A stretch of 64,000 nucleotides of DNA from Bryobacterales bacterium (GCA_963422375.2 CAXXKD010000001.1:32001-96000); one strand, 5' to 3'; numbered from the stretch's first letter, positions 50,864 to 60,328 are shown. Notes: generated by a model not told the origin, from the sequence alone. Numbers and translations: made by a program.

Positions 50864-51116
50864 TGCTTGTGACAAGACCCCTGAATTCTGGCCCGATCAG
50901 CATTTCATACTACATTCTGATGTCGGATGGATCTCCAAACACAACATATAGGGCCCAAGGTCGCAAGTTGCTCAGCCGCCAATCGCGAAGATTTCCGCGC
51001 TCTACCCAGAATTGGCAGGATTTCGGACTAGTCGTAGCATTCGAGTGAAATCTTCGCCTTGAGAGATTGGACCTAACATCCTTGTTTTCAAGGGGATACG
51101 AGTTTTGTCACAGGCA
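50864..51116 (+). mobile_element. 253-bp MITE-like element, copy 3
   Basis: Same length and closely similar sequence to copy 2; flanks TTAGTTAG and CTAGTTAG. Confidence 0.9.
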
Positions 51117-51149
51117 CTAGTTAGGTGGTTGGAGAAGGCGAGGCGGGGC

Positions 51150-51640
51150 TAGCGGTGCATGATCGCGCCAGTCCGGGTGGAGTGGCTTGATGAAGATGTC
51201 CTTGACGGGGAGCGCGGGTCGCTTGCGGTTGTCGAGCTTTCCGAGGCCCCGGGTGCGGCCGACGTGGATCCAGTTGGCGGCGCGGTAGCAGGTGCCGCGG
51301 AAGCGGCCGCCCTCGCAGAGGGTCTCCAGCAGCACGGGCGCAGGCGGTAGCGCTTGAACCAGTCCGAAGGCAGGTGCCGGGCGACGAGGGCCAGCACGTG
51401 CGTGGCGAGGCGGGGCACGCCCGCGCGGAGCAGGATCAGGTAGCCAACGCGGTCGCCCACCAGCGGCCGGTTGCGCTGGCGGGTCTGCGGCGAGCAGCCG
51501 ACCAACCGGTCGCGGGGCCGGTCTTCCAAGCCGCCGCGCCGAAGCCCGGCAGGGCCGCGGGCGTGCCGTCGGCCGCGCGGGCGAAGTTCCGCGGCTGGGG
51601 CCGCGGCCAAGGGAGCGAAGCCCAAGGAATGGTAGTGCTG
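51150..51640 (-). pseudogene. DUF4338 (DruA-like / IS-associated) domain remnant
   Basis: Frameshifted pieces HYHSLGF, GFGAAAWK, PRDRLVG, LATHVL...LPSDW and PVLLET...FRGTCYRAANWIHVGRTRG...PVKDIF. Confidence 0.8.
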
Positions 51641-51644
51641 GACT

Positions 51645-51989
51645 TCCTCCAACATAGATTCGCGGAATCTCTCCGAGGACCGCGTCAAGCGCCTGAGTCT
51701 CGGAATCGAGGACCGAGCCTACCACGCGCTCTGGTGGCTATAGTACAGCTACTTGCAGAAGTGACAAGTCGACAAGGCTAGGGACCGGCTTGCGATCATC
51801 GAGGCGGATGTGGCCGGGACAGGGTCGCGCGATGCGCGTAGCCGCCACGCATACCTGCGCTCGCACTTCCTTGTCGAGACCCAGCGCTGGTCTGTCGACT
51901 TGCGGCCCGTCGACGACGGCCTGGACCATCGGGCTTGGAGGGCGAACGCCCTTGCGGAGGGAATCCGAGCTGCCGAGACCGGGACTCCT
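51645..51989 (+). repeat. Degenerate partial copy of 47553-47900 (internal part of the TPR-like gene)
   Basis: Colinear alignment by eye, e.g. shared TACCTGCGCTCGCACTTCCTTGTCGAGACCCAGC; one 3-bp deletion; new stops TAG 51741 and TGA 51762. Confidence 0.92.
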
Positions 51990-52126
51990 GGGCTCCACCG
52001 GCTGCGCCCAGCGGATGCGCCTGCCGTGGGGCGGCCCGGCAGCTCTCGTAGCGGGCGCGTGAAGTGCGGCGGCTCGAGGGTTGAATCGCCGCGGGGATCG
52101 TCGTAGATTGGAGGCGCGAGCTGGTT

Positions 52127-54412
52127 GTGCCGATACGCGCTCTTTCCTTGCTTCTGCTCGGACTCCTGACCCCCGGACTGCCGGGGTCGGACGTGTTCCA
52201 GTCCGAGATTCGGCCTGCCCTGGTGCAGTACTGCCACGCGTGCCACGCACCGGATTCGGACAACCGAATCCGTTTCCTCGAGGCCGAATCGATCACCGAC
52301 CTGTCGTCCGACCGCAGCCTGTGGCACAACGTGGCGATGCAGCTGCGTAACCGCACGATGCCGCCGACTGGCCCGCAGCCGCCCGAGAGCGACCGCCTTC
52401 GCATTGCCTCCTGGATCGACGGGACGCTTCGCTCGACGGCCTGCGACTCGGGAGAGTCCGCCGGTCCCGTGGTCGCGCGCCGACTCAATCGCGCCGAGTA
52501 CGAGAACACGGTGCGGGATCTCTTCGGAGTGCGGTTTGAGGTCGCCGAGCTATTCCCGGTGGACGGGTCGGGAGGGGAAGGCTTCGACAACAACGGCGAG
52601 ACGCTCTTCTTCTCCCCGCTGCTGGCCGAGCGCTACCTGGAGGTTGCCGACCGGATCCTGGGGCAAGTCGTGGTGACGCCGCCGCTCGGGCGGGCGTTCG
52701 TGGCCCGGGATCTGCTTCCGGGGCGGGAGGCCGACGAGCACGGGTCGATCGAGATGGAAGCGGGGCAGTCCGTCAGTCGCGCCGTCTCGTTCTACGAGGC
52801 CGGGGACTACCGGGTCAGCGCATGGATTCGCTCCCCGCCTCCCGACGAGAATCCGGAAGCGGCGATCTTGGTCGACGGGGCCGAGGCGGGCACGTTGCGG
52901 TTCAGCTGGTCCGCCGCCCAGGCCGCCTCCAGCAGCGCGACGGTGGCGATCGCCAGCGGCGAACACGAATTGTCCTTGGCGGTCGAGGCGGGCAGCCCGC
53001 CGCTGCGCTTGGTCTCCCTGGACATCGATCACCGGCGGCAGGAGCCGGACAGGTCGCGGCTCGCCGCCCATTTCCGGCTGTTCGGCAGCGAACCGGGGCG
53101 GGCGGTCATCGCTCCGCGCTCTGCAGCGGCGCGCCTCCTCCGAGGCTTCATTGCGCGCGCCTTCAGGCGGCCTGCGGCGGACGGGGAGGAGGAGCCGTTC
53201 CTCGCTCTCTTCGATCGAGCCATCGAGCGCGGCGAACCGTACGAGGCGGCCGTGCGCCTCGCGCTGAAGGCCGTCCTCGTGTCGTCCGACTTCCTCTTCC
53301 GCATGGAGGCTGCGCCGGATGGACCCGCGGCCCAGCCCCTGTCCGACCACGAGCTGGCGACCCGCCTTTCGTACTTCCTCTGGGGCACCATGCCCGATGC
53401 TCGCTTGCGCTATCTCGCGGACGCCGGACGCCTGTCGAATGACGACGTTCTCGCGGTCCAGGTCGAACGGCTGCTGGACCATCCCCGGTCGGTCTTCTTC
53501 GCTCGGACGTTCATGGGGCAGTGGCTCGGAACCAAGGACGTTGGCGGCCGCGTGGCGCCCACTCTGAACGAGATCCAGCACTTCTACACCCCTTTGATCG
53601 CGGCCGACATGCGCGAGGAACCGGTGCTGCTGTTCCAGAGGATGCTGGCCGAGGACCGCAGCCTCCTGGAGTTCGTCAGCGCCGACTACACCTACCTGAC
53701 GGAGCGGCTCGCGCGACACTACGGCATGCCCGACGCGGTGCGCGGCAACGAGTTCCAGCTGGTTTCCACGTCGGGCGGCCGTCGCGGCGGGCTGCTCGGC
53801 CTCGGCGCGGTCCAGGCGATGAATGCGGGCTACAAGCGCAGCAGCCCGGTCCTGCGCGGCGTGTGGGCGCTCGATGTTCTGCTGGGCACCAGGCTTCCGG
53901 CGCCTCCCCCGGACGTTCCCTCGCTCGACACCGAGGACAAGGCGGAGCGGAAGCGAACGGCGCGCGAGATGCTCGGCGAGCACCGTGCGAATCCTGCCTG
54001 CGCCGCCTGCCACGACGTGATCGATCCCATCGGATTCGGGCTCGAGAACTACGACTGGCTGGGGCGCTGGCGCGACGTCGACGAGGACGGGAGCCCAGTC
54101 GACGCGTCCGGCGTGCTGCCGTCCGGAGAGTCGTTCGACGGACCGGCGGGCCTGCGCGGGGTGCTGCTCGGGCGCCAGGACCAGCTTTTGCGGCATGTCG
54201 CTCGCAAGCTGTTCGGATACGCGCTGGGGCGCAGCGTCGTGGACCGGGACCACTGCGTGATCGAGAGCGTCGTCAGGAAGGTCAAGGCGTCGAATTACGG
54301 CGCGAGGTCGCTCGTGAGCGAGATCGTGCTGAGCAAGCCGTTCCGCTACGTCCAGGCGGACTCCGAGGACTCGCGCCCGGAGGGATTCCGAGCGGAGCGC
54401 GGGGAACCGTAG
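52127..54412 (+). CDS. DUF1592/1588/1587/1595/1585 planctomycete-type cytochrome c protein
   Basis: CHACH, RRLNRAEYENTVRDL, GFDN, ELATRLSYFLW, SSPVLRG, CAACH..IDPIGFGLENYD. Confidence 0.92.
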   Translation: MPIRALSLLLLGLLTPGLPGSDVFQSEIRPALVQYCHACHAPDSDNRIRFLEAESITDLSSDRSLWHNVAMQLRNRTMPPTGPQPPESDRLRIASWIDGTLRSTACDSGESAGPVVARRLNRAEYENTVRDLFGVRFEVAELFPVDGSGGEGFDNNGETLFFSPLLAERYLEVADRILGQVVVTPPLGRAFVARDLLPGREADEHGSIEMEAGQSVSRAVSFYEAGDYRVSAWIRSPPPDENPEAAILVDGAEAGTLRFSWSAAQAASSSATVAIASGEHELSLAVEAGSPPLRLVSLDIDHRRQEPDRSRLAAHFRLFGSEPGRAVIAPRSAAARLLRGFIARAFRRPAADGEEEPFLALFDRAIERGEPYEAAVRLALKAVLVSSDFLFRMEAAPDGPAAQPLSDHELATRLSYFLWGTMPDARLRYLADAGRLSNDDVLAVQVERLLDHPRSVFFARTFMGQWLGTKDVGGRVAPTLNEIQHFYTPLIAADMREEPVLLFQRMLAEDRSLLEFVSADYTYLTERLARHYGMPDAVRGNEFQLVSTSGGRRGGLLGLGAVQAMNAGYKRSSPVLRGVWALDVLLGTRLPAPPPDVPSLDTEDKAERKRTAREMLGEHRANPACAACHDVIDPIGFGLENYDWLGRWRDVDEDGSPVDASGVLPSGESFDGPAGLRGVLLGRQDQLLRHVARKLFGYALGRSVVDRDHCVIESVVRKVKASNYGARSLVSEIVLSKPFRYVQADSEDSRPEGFRAERGEP

Positions 54413-54498
54413 GCGACGACCATTGCGTCCCGCGCCGATCCGGAGTGAATCGGCCCGCCCGATTGTGCTAGCGTGATGGCGTCGCGGAGGTGTGATCG

Positions 54499-55842
54499 AT
54501 GCGTCAGCCGATATCTCGCAGGACGGTGCTGCGCGGTGCGGGCGTCAGCCTTGCCCTGCCGTGGCTCGAAGCGCTCGCCCCGGGAGCGACGAGCGGCTCG
54601 CGCAAGCTGGCCGAGCCGCCCTTGCGGGTCGCGTTCCTCTTCATGCCCTGCGGCGTGCGGCCCGACCACTGGTTCCCCGCGGGCGATGGCGAGGACTACG
54701 AGATCACCCCGCACCTGAAGCCGCTGGAGCCGCTGAAGAGCGAGTGCCTGCTGCTCGAGAACCTCTGGAACAAGAACGCCGTCGGGCGCAACGGGCACTG
54801 GGCGAAGGTGCCCGCGTGGCTCTCCGGAGGGTACGTCGAGCGTTCCACGGGACGGGACATCAACACGGGCGGGACCTCGGTCGACCAGGTCATCGCGGGT
54901 GCGATCGGGCAGCGCACGCCCCTGCCGTCGATCCATCTGGGCGTTGACGAACCGCGGACAGGCGTCGACAACATCGGCGGCGGCTTCGCCCGTATCGTCG
55001 GTTCGTACATCTCGTGGAGGGATCCGCACATCCCGGCCGCCAAGGAGATCGTGCCGCGGCTGGCGTTTGACCGGCTCTTCCGAGTCGGAGGCTCGGGGGC
55101 CGGCTCGGCGAGCCGTCGCGACGACGCGAGCGTGCTCGACGTGGTGCTCGACAAGGCCGCCTCGCTTCGCCGGCGCGGCAGCGCGAGGGACCGGCGGAAG
55201 CTGGACGAGTATTTCGAGTCCGTGCGGTCGGTCGAGTCGCGCATCCAGGCAGCCATGAGCTCCCAGCCGCGCTGGATCAACGAGGGCGACCTAGGCGTCG
55301 TGCGGCCGGCGGAGGGCCTTCCCGCCTCGCACGAGGAGCACGTGCGGCTGATGCTCGATATCCTGCTCCTCGCCTTCTGGACGGACACGACCAGAGTCGC
55401 CACCTTCATGTACGGCGATGCCCAGACGGGCCGGGACTTTTCCTTCCTGGACGGCGTGAACGGCAGCTTTCACGCCATCTCCCATCACCGCAACGAGCCC
55501 GAGCGTCGCGCGATGTACGAGACGATCATCAACTGGCACGTCCGGCAGACCGCGTACTTCCTTCACAGGATGCGGTCGCTCGACGAGGGCGGCTCCTCGC
55601 TGCTCGACAATTCCATGGTCATGTTCGGCTCCTCGCTGCGCGACGGGAATGTCCACGACCCGTCGAACCTGCCGCTGCTGCTGGCGGGGCGCGCCAAGGG
55701 CGCGATCCGGCCCGGTCGCAGGCTGCGCGCCAGGCCCGACACGCCGCTCTGCAACCTGTACCTCGCCATGATGCACCACATGGGCGTGCGAGACCCGGCG
55801 GCGTTCGGCGACAGCACCGATCCGCTGGTCGGCTTGGCCTAG
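54499..55842 (+). CDS. DUF1552 (HXXSHH) domain protein
   Basis: SRRTVLRGAG..LALPWLE; PRLAFDRLF; HAISHH; LLDNS...GNVH. Confidence 0.92.
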   Translation: MRQPISRRTVLRGAGVSLALPWLEALAPGATSGSRKLAEPPLRVAFLFMPCGVRPDHWFPAGDGEDYEITPHLKPLEPLKSECLLLENLWNKNAVGRNGHWAKVPAWLSGGYVERSTGRDINTGGTSVDQVIAGAIGQRTPLPSIHLGVDEPRTGVDNIGGGFARIVGSYISWRDPHIPAAKEIVPRLAFDRLFRVGGSGAGSASRRDDASVLDVVLDKAASLRRRGSARDRRKLDEYFESVRSVESRIQAAMSSQPRWINEGDLGVVRPAEGLPASHEEHVRLMLDILLLAFWTDTTRVATFMYGDAQTGRDFSFLDGVNGSFHAISHHRNEPERRAMYETIINWHVRQTAYFLHRMRSLDEGGSSLLDNSMVMFGSSLRDGNVHDPSNLPLLLAGRAKGAIRPGRRLRARPDTPLCNLYLAMMHHMGVRDPAAFGDSTDPLVGLA

Positions 55843-56978
55843 ACGGCCCGGCGCGGAGCCGCGCCTTGCAGGAGCGCCTCGTAGAGGGCGAGATACTTCG
55901 GGACCACCGACTCGCTCCCGAAGCGCGTTACGGCGGACGCGCGCGCTGCCGCCTTCATCGCCCGCATCCTGTCCGGCTTCCGGAGGGCCGAGACCGCGAC
56001 GTCGGCCATGGCGTCGATGTCGCCCACCGCGACCAGAAAGCCGTCCAGGCCGTCCGTGATCACTTCCGGGACACCTCCGACCCGCGTCGCGATGGGGACG
56101 GCTTCGCAGGCCATGGCCTCCAGTGCGGCCAGGCCGAAGGACTCGATCTCGCTCGGCAGCAGGAGCAGGTCGGTAATCCCCAGCAAGGGCGCTACGCTCT
56201 TCCGCTTCCCGAGGAACTGCACCCGGCTCCCCAGGCGCAGCTCGGCGGCCAGTCTCTCGGCTGCCTGCCGGTCGGGCCCGTCGCCGATCATGAGCAGGCG
56301 GGAAGGCACCTCGCGCGCGATCCGCTCGAACGCTCGCACGCAGTCGAGAACCCGCTTGACCGGCCGGAAGTTCGACAGGTGGGTGACCAGCTTCTCGCCG
56401 GGCTCCGCGTAGCGGGCGCGCAGCGCCGGGTCGTCGAGCGGGCGGTAGATCGAGCCGTTGACGAAGTTCGGGATGACCTCGATCGGCCGGTCGACCCCGA
56501 AGACCCGGTAGACCTCGGCCCGCAGGTGCCCGCTGATGCAGGTCACGGCCGGGCTCCTCGCGATCGCGAAGCGCGTGATCGGCAGGTAGGAGGACTCCGC
56601 TCCCACGAGCGTCACGTCCGTGCCGTGCAGGGTCGTGATGAACGGCAGCCGCTCGCCCAGCATTTGCGACGCCAGCATGGCGCTCACCGAGTGCGGGATC
56701 GCGTAGTGCACGTGCAGCAGGTCGAGCCGCGCGCTGCGAGCGACCTCGGCCATGCGCGAGGCGAGGGCCAGGCTGTAGGGCGGGTACTGGAACAGCGGAT
56801 AGCTGCCGACCTCGACCTCGTGGTACCAGACTCCCGGCGTGTCGTCGGCCAGGCGGATCGGGTTCGCGTAGGTGACGAAATGGACGTGGTGCCCGCGCTG
56901 GGCCAGCTCCATGCCGATCTCGGTGGCCACGACCCCGCTGCCGCCGTAGGTGGGGTAGCATGTGATGCCGATCTTCAT
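55839..56978 (-). CDS. bshA: N-acetyl-alpha-D-glucosaminyl L-malate synthase (bacillithiol biosynthesis)
   Basis: MKIGITCYPTYGGSGVVATE, HVHYAIPH, TTLHGTD, SNFRPVKR, ESFGLAALEAM. Confidence 0.95.
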   Translation of the reverse strand: MKIGITCYPTYGGSGVVATEIGMELAQRGHHVHFVTYANPIRLADDTPGVWYHEVEVGSYPLFQYPPYSLALASRMAEVARSARLDLLHVHYAIPHSVSAMLASQMLGERLPFITTLHGTDVTLVGAESSYLPITRFAIARSPAVTCISGHLRAEVYRVFGVDRPIEVIPNFVNGSIYRPLDDPALRARYAEPGEKLVTHLSNFRPVKRVLDCVRAFERIAREVPSRLLMIGDGPDRQAAERLAAELRLGSRVQFLGKRKSVAPLLGITDLLLLPSEIESFGLAALEAMACEAVPIATRVGGVPEVITDGLDGFLVAVGDIDAMADVAVSALRKPDRMRAMKAAARASAVTRFGSESVVPKYLALYEALLQGAAPRRAV

Positions 56979-57026
56979 GCGCGTCCGCCGTGCCGGTCGG
57001 AGCCGGGCGTCTGGAATACTGGGCGA

Positions 57027-58469
57027 ATGTCCGAGCGCCGGCCCAACATCGTTCTCATCATCACCGATCAGCAGCGCTTCGACACCATTCGCGAGCTCGG
57101 CTACCCCTACGCGGACACTCCCCACTTGGACCGGCTGGTCCGCGAGGGGGTCACCTTCACGAACTGCCACGTGCCCGCCGCCTCGTGCGCCCCCTGCCGC
57201 GCCAGCCTGTTCACGGGCCAGTATCCCCACACCCACGGAGTGCTGCGCAACGGCGACCGCTGGCGGCACAGCTGGGTCGAGCATCTCAAGCGCGCCGGCT
57301 ACAACACGATCAACATCGGCAAGATGCACACGTTCCCGTACAACGAACTCTTCGGGTTCCGGCAGCGCTACACGGTCGAGAACAAGGACCGCCATCTCGA
57401 GGGCCGCCATTTCTTCGACGAGTGGGACAAGGCGCTGCGGGCGCGGGGGCTGCGCAAGCCGGGCCGCCTGACCTACCGAGACCTGCGGGACTATCGCGAG
57501 CGCCTCGGCGCGTTCGAGTGGCCCATCGACGAGGAGATGCATCCCGACACGTTCGTCGGCGGCCTTGCGACGTGGTGGCTCCGGAGCTATCCGAAGACGG
57601 AGCCCCTGTTTCTGGAGATCGGCTTTCCGGGACCGCATCCCCCGTACGATCCGCCCGCGAGGTACGCGGAGCCGTACCTGCGGCGAGAGCTGCCCCTCCT
57701 AGATGTCACCCAGGAGGAGCTTGACGGCCAGCCCGAGGCGTATCGCGGCATGATCCAGCACAACTGCGAGGTCGATCACGACTCGGTGGTGCATCAGTGG
57801 CATCCGTCCCGGGAGGCGAGGCACCGCCAGCGGGCGCACTACCTAGGCAACGTGACGCTGATCGACGAGCAGGTCGGCCGGATCATGCGGACCCTTGAAT
57901 CGACGGGTTACCTGCGCAACTCGGTCGTGATCTTCACCTCGGACCACGGCGACTGCCTCACCGATCACGGTCACAGCCAGAAATGGACCATGTACGACCT
58001 CGTCACCCGGATGCCGGTCATCGTATGGTCTCCGGAGCGGTTCGCGGGCGGGCGCAGGCTGGACAGTCTCTGCTCGCTGCTGGATCTCGGGCCGACGGTC
58101 CTGGAACTGGCCGGCCTCGAGCCGCCGGGCAAGATGGAGGCGGACTCCCTGGTGGAAGCCCTGCGGGGCCGGCCTTGGGAGGGTCGCGAGTACGTCTACT
58201 GCGAGTCCGCCCGCGACGTGAACTTCACGACCAACGACTTCCAGACGATGATCCGCAGCCGGGACTGGAAGCTGGTGCATTTTCTCGACTCCGTCGACGG
58301 GCAGCTGTTTGACCTTGCCGCCGACCCGGACGAGGTGCGGAACCTCTGGGAGGACCCGTCCGCCCGGGAGAAGAAGAGGGAACTGCTGGACGCGCTGCTG
58401 GCGTGGCGCATTCGCAGCCAGTGCGACAGCGCAGGGTGGGAGTTCGAGTATCTCGACCCCTCGCCCTGA
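57027..58469 (+). CDS. Sulfatase (no signal peptide)
   Basis: PNIVLIITDQQR, CAPCR, IGKMH, GPHPPYD, FTSDHGD. Confidence 0.92.
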   Translation: MSERRPNIVLIITDQQRFDTIRELGYPYADTPHLDRLVREGVTFTNCHVPAASCAPCRASLFTGQYPHTHGVLRNGDRWRHSWVEHLKRAGYNTINIGKMHTFPYNELFGFRQRYTVENKDRHLEGRHFFDEWDKALRARGLRKPGRLTYRDLRDYRERLGAFEWPIDEEMHPDTFVGGLATWWLRSYPKTEPLFLEIGFPGPHPPYDPPARYAEPYLRRELPLLDVTQEELDGQPEAYRGMIQHNCEVDHDSVVHQWHPSREARHRQRAHYLGNVTLIDEQVGRIMRTLESTGYLRNSVVIFTSDHGDCLTDHGHSQKWTMYDLVTRMPVIVWSPERFAGGRRLDSLCSLLDLGPTVLELAGLEPPGKMEADSLVEALRGRPWEGREYVYCESARDVNFTTNDFQTMIRSRDWKLVHFLDSVDGQLFDLAADPDEVRNLWEDPSAREKKRELLDALLAWRIRSQCDSAGWEFEYLDPSP

Positions 58470-58507
58470 CCGCCCCGACGGTGCCGCTGCGTCGTAAACT
58501 GGAACCG

Positions 58508-59326
58508 ATGGAAGACGGGGCCGGGCTCACGCTCGGAATCATCGGTGTCGGGAATCTCGGCGGCGCGCTGGCCGAGGGCGCGCTCGCGGCCGGAGCCGTT
58601 GCCAAGGTGGTCGCCGCGGACATTTCGCGCCAGCGCTTGGACGACCTAGGCGAGCGGATCGGGGCGTCCTTCTCGATTGCCGGAGCCGCCGAGACCGCGG
58701 CGGTCTCCGACTTGGTCGTGGCGGCGGTCAAGCCTCACGTGCTGCCCGCCGTGCTCGAGGACGTGAACGACTCGCTGCCCGCGGACCGCCTGTTCGTTTC
58801 GGTGGCGGCCGGCGTGCCGATCGCCCGCATCGAGGAGGGCTTGGGGCCCGAGCGGCCCGTGCTCCGCGCCATGCCGAACCTGGCCATGCTGGCGCGGGCG
58901 AGCGCGACTGCGATCTGCTTCAACCGCAACGTCACCCACCACCATGTGCAGACGGCAGAATCGGTCTTCCGCTCCGTCGGCGAGGTGGTCCGCGTCGAGG
59001 AGGTCCAGATGCACGCGGTCACCGGGCTCACGGGGAGCGGCCCTGCGTACGTGAGCCTGCTGGTCGAGGGACTCGTCGGCGGCGCGGTGAGCAAGGGGCT
59101 CCAGCCGAAGCTGGCCCGTACCTTGGCGTGCCAGCTGCTGTACGGCACGGCCAAGCTGCTGAAGGAAACCGGCCAGCATCCCGCGGTGCTCGTTGATCAG
59201 GTCACCACGCCCGGCGGGACGACGATCGCGGGCCTCAGGGAACTGGAGATGCACGGGGTTCGCGGCGCTCTGGTTGCCGCTGTCGAGGCCGCCAGCGAGC
59301 GCTCGGAGGAACTCGCGGAGCGCTAG
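58508..59326 (+). CDS. proC: Pyrroline-5-carboxylate reductase
   Basis: GVGNLG, AVKP, RAMPN, TGSGPAY, VTTPGGTTIAGL. Confidence 0.95.
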   Translation: MEDGAGLTLGIIGVGNLGGALAEGALAAGAVAKVVAADISRQRLDDLGERIGASFSIAGAAETAAVSDLVVAAVKPHVLPAVLEDVNDSLPADRLFVSVAAGVPIARIEEGLGPERPVLRAMPNLAMLARASATAICFNRNVTHHHVQTAESVFRSVGEVVRVEEVQMHAVTGLTGSGPAYVSLLVEGLVGGAVSKGLQPKLARTLACQLLYGTAKLLKETGQHPAVLVDQVTTPGGTTIAGLRELEMHGVRGALVAAVEAASERSEELAER

Positions 59327-59371
59327 CCTCCTGGCCCCGGCCGGCGCGCTCGCTCGGGCGCCAACGGAGTG

Positions 59372-60328
59372 TCAGGCGGGGCACGGGAGGTCCTGCGGCG
59401 GCAGCGACTGCTGCTTCCGGCGCTTCGGCGGCACCCGGCGCGCGGACAGCCGCTTCCCGAGCGCCTCCGAGAGGTAGAGCGACTCCACGGTCAGGGAGTC
59501 CCCGCCCTGCAGGGTGGACTGGGCCGACCGGCCAGCCGCGATCTCGATTCGCTCCAAGCCTAGGGAACTCGGCAGCGGTTCGCCGTGGGATTTCTCCCCC
59601 GTTCGCCCGTCGTAACTCACCAGGTACGGAATCTTGCGCTGGTTCAGGTCCTCGAGCTCTCGGACGAATTCCTCGAAGCGAATCGCCGCATAGTACCGGC
59701 GCTCGCCGTGCCCGCATACTCCTTGGTAGGGCGGATCCATGTAGACGACGTCGTCTGCTCGAGTTCTGTCGAGCACGACGCGGTAGTCCAGCGAGGTGAA
59801 TTCCGATCTCCCGCGGAGCAGGCACGAGACTGCCATGATGCCAGCCCTCATCCTTGCCGGCTTCGTTCCCGGGCGTCGCTTGTCCGGGCTCTGGTTGAAC
59901 TCCCCGTCGATGTTGTATCGCACCGAGCCCTTGACGCACCGTGCCAGCAGGTAGAGCAGCAGCCGGGGGTCGCCCGTGCAGTTGAATTCGTCGCGGACTG
60001 CGCCGTAGTGCCGCACGTGATCGGAATCGAGGGCGCGCCACAGCGCCTCGTAGGATCGCGCGGTCGCTTCCGGCCGGTTCACGATCTGCGAGAGCAGGTC
60101 GGATAGCGGGCCGTTCAGGTCGTTCAGCCAGAACGCGCTGCATCGTGCGGCGGCGGCGCAGGCGAGCGAAACCGCTGCCGAGCCGGCGAAGGGCTCGACC
60201 AGCCGATTGAAACTGCCCGGGAGGTAGCCGAGGATGAGCGGTGCCAGGCTCCGCTTGCTGCCTTGGTACTGAAACGGCTGGGGTGCCGCCGTCCTCGCGC
60301 CCGAAGCCAGTGCCGGACCTGCCCGCAT
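59372..60328 (-). CDS. D12-class (Dam-like) DNA adenine methyltransferase
   Basis: YQGSKR, EPFAGS and YMDPPY in alpha-class order. Confidence 0.9.
   Translation of the reverse strand: MRAGPALASGARTAAPQPFQYQGSKRSLAPLILGYLPGSFNRLVEPFAGSAAVSLACAAAARCSAFWLNDLNGPLSDLLSQIVNRPEATARSYEALWRALDSDHVRHYGAVRDEFNCTGDPRLLLYLLARCVKGSVRYNIDGEFNQSPDKRRPGTKPARMRAGIMAVSCLLRGRSEFTSLDYRVVLDRTRADDVVYMDPPYQGVCGHGERRYYAAIRFEEFVRELEDLNQRKIPYLVSYDGRTGEKSHGEPLPSSLGLERIEIAAGRSAQSTLQGGDSLTVESLYLSEALGKRLSARRVPPKRRKQQSLPPQDLPCPA

Noticed and set aside
48626..51124. CRISPR array or integron attC cassette array
   Set aside because: The repeats are 253 bp with TIRs and mixed orientation. There is no cas gene or integron integrase and no repeat-spacer periodicity.
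51645..51989. Template/variable repeat pair of a diversity-generating retroelement
   Set aside because: Mismatches are not adenine-specific, the copy has an indel and stops, the target is mid-gene, and no reverse transcriptase is present.
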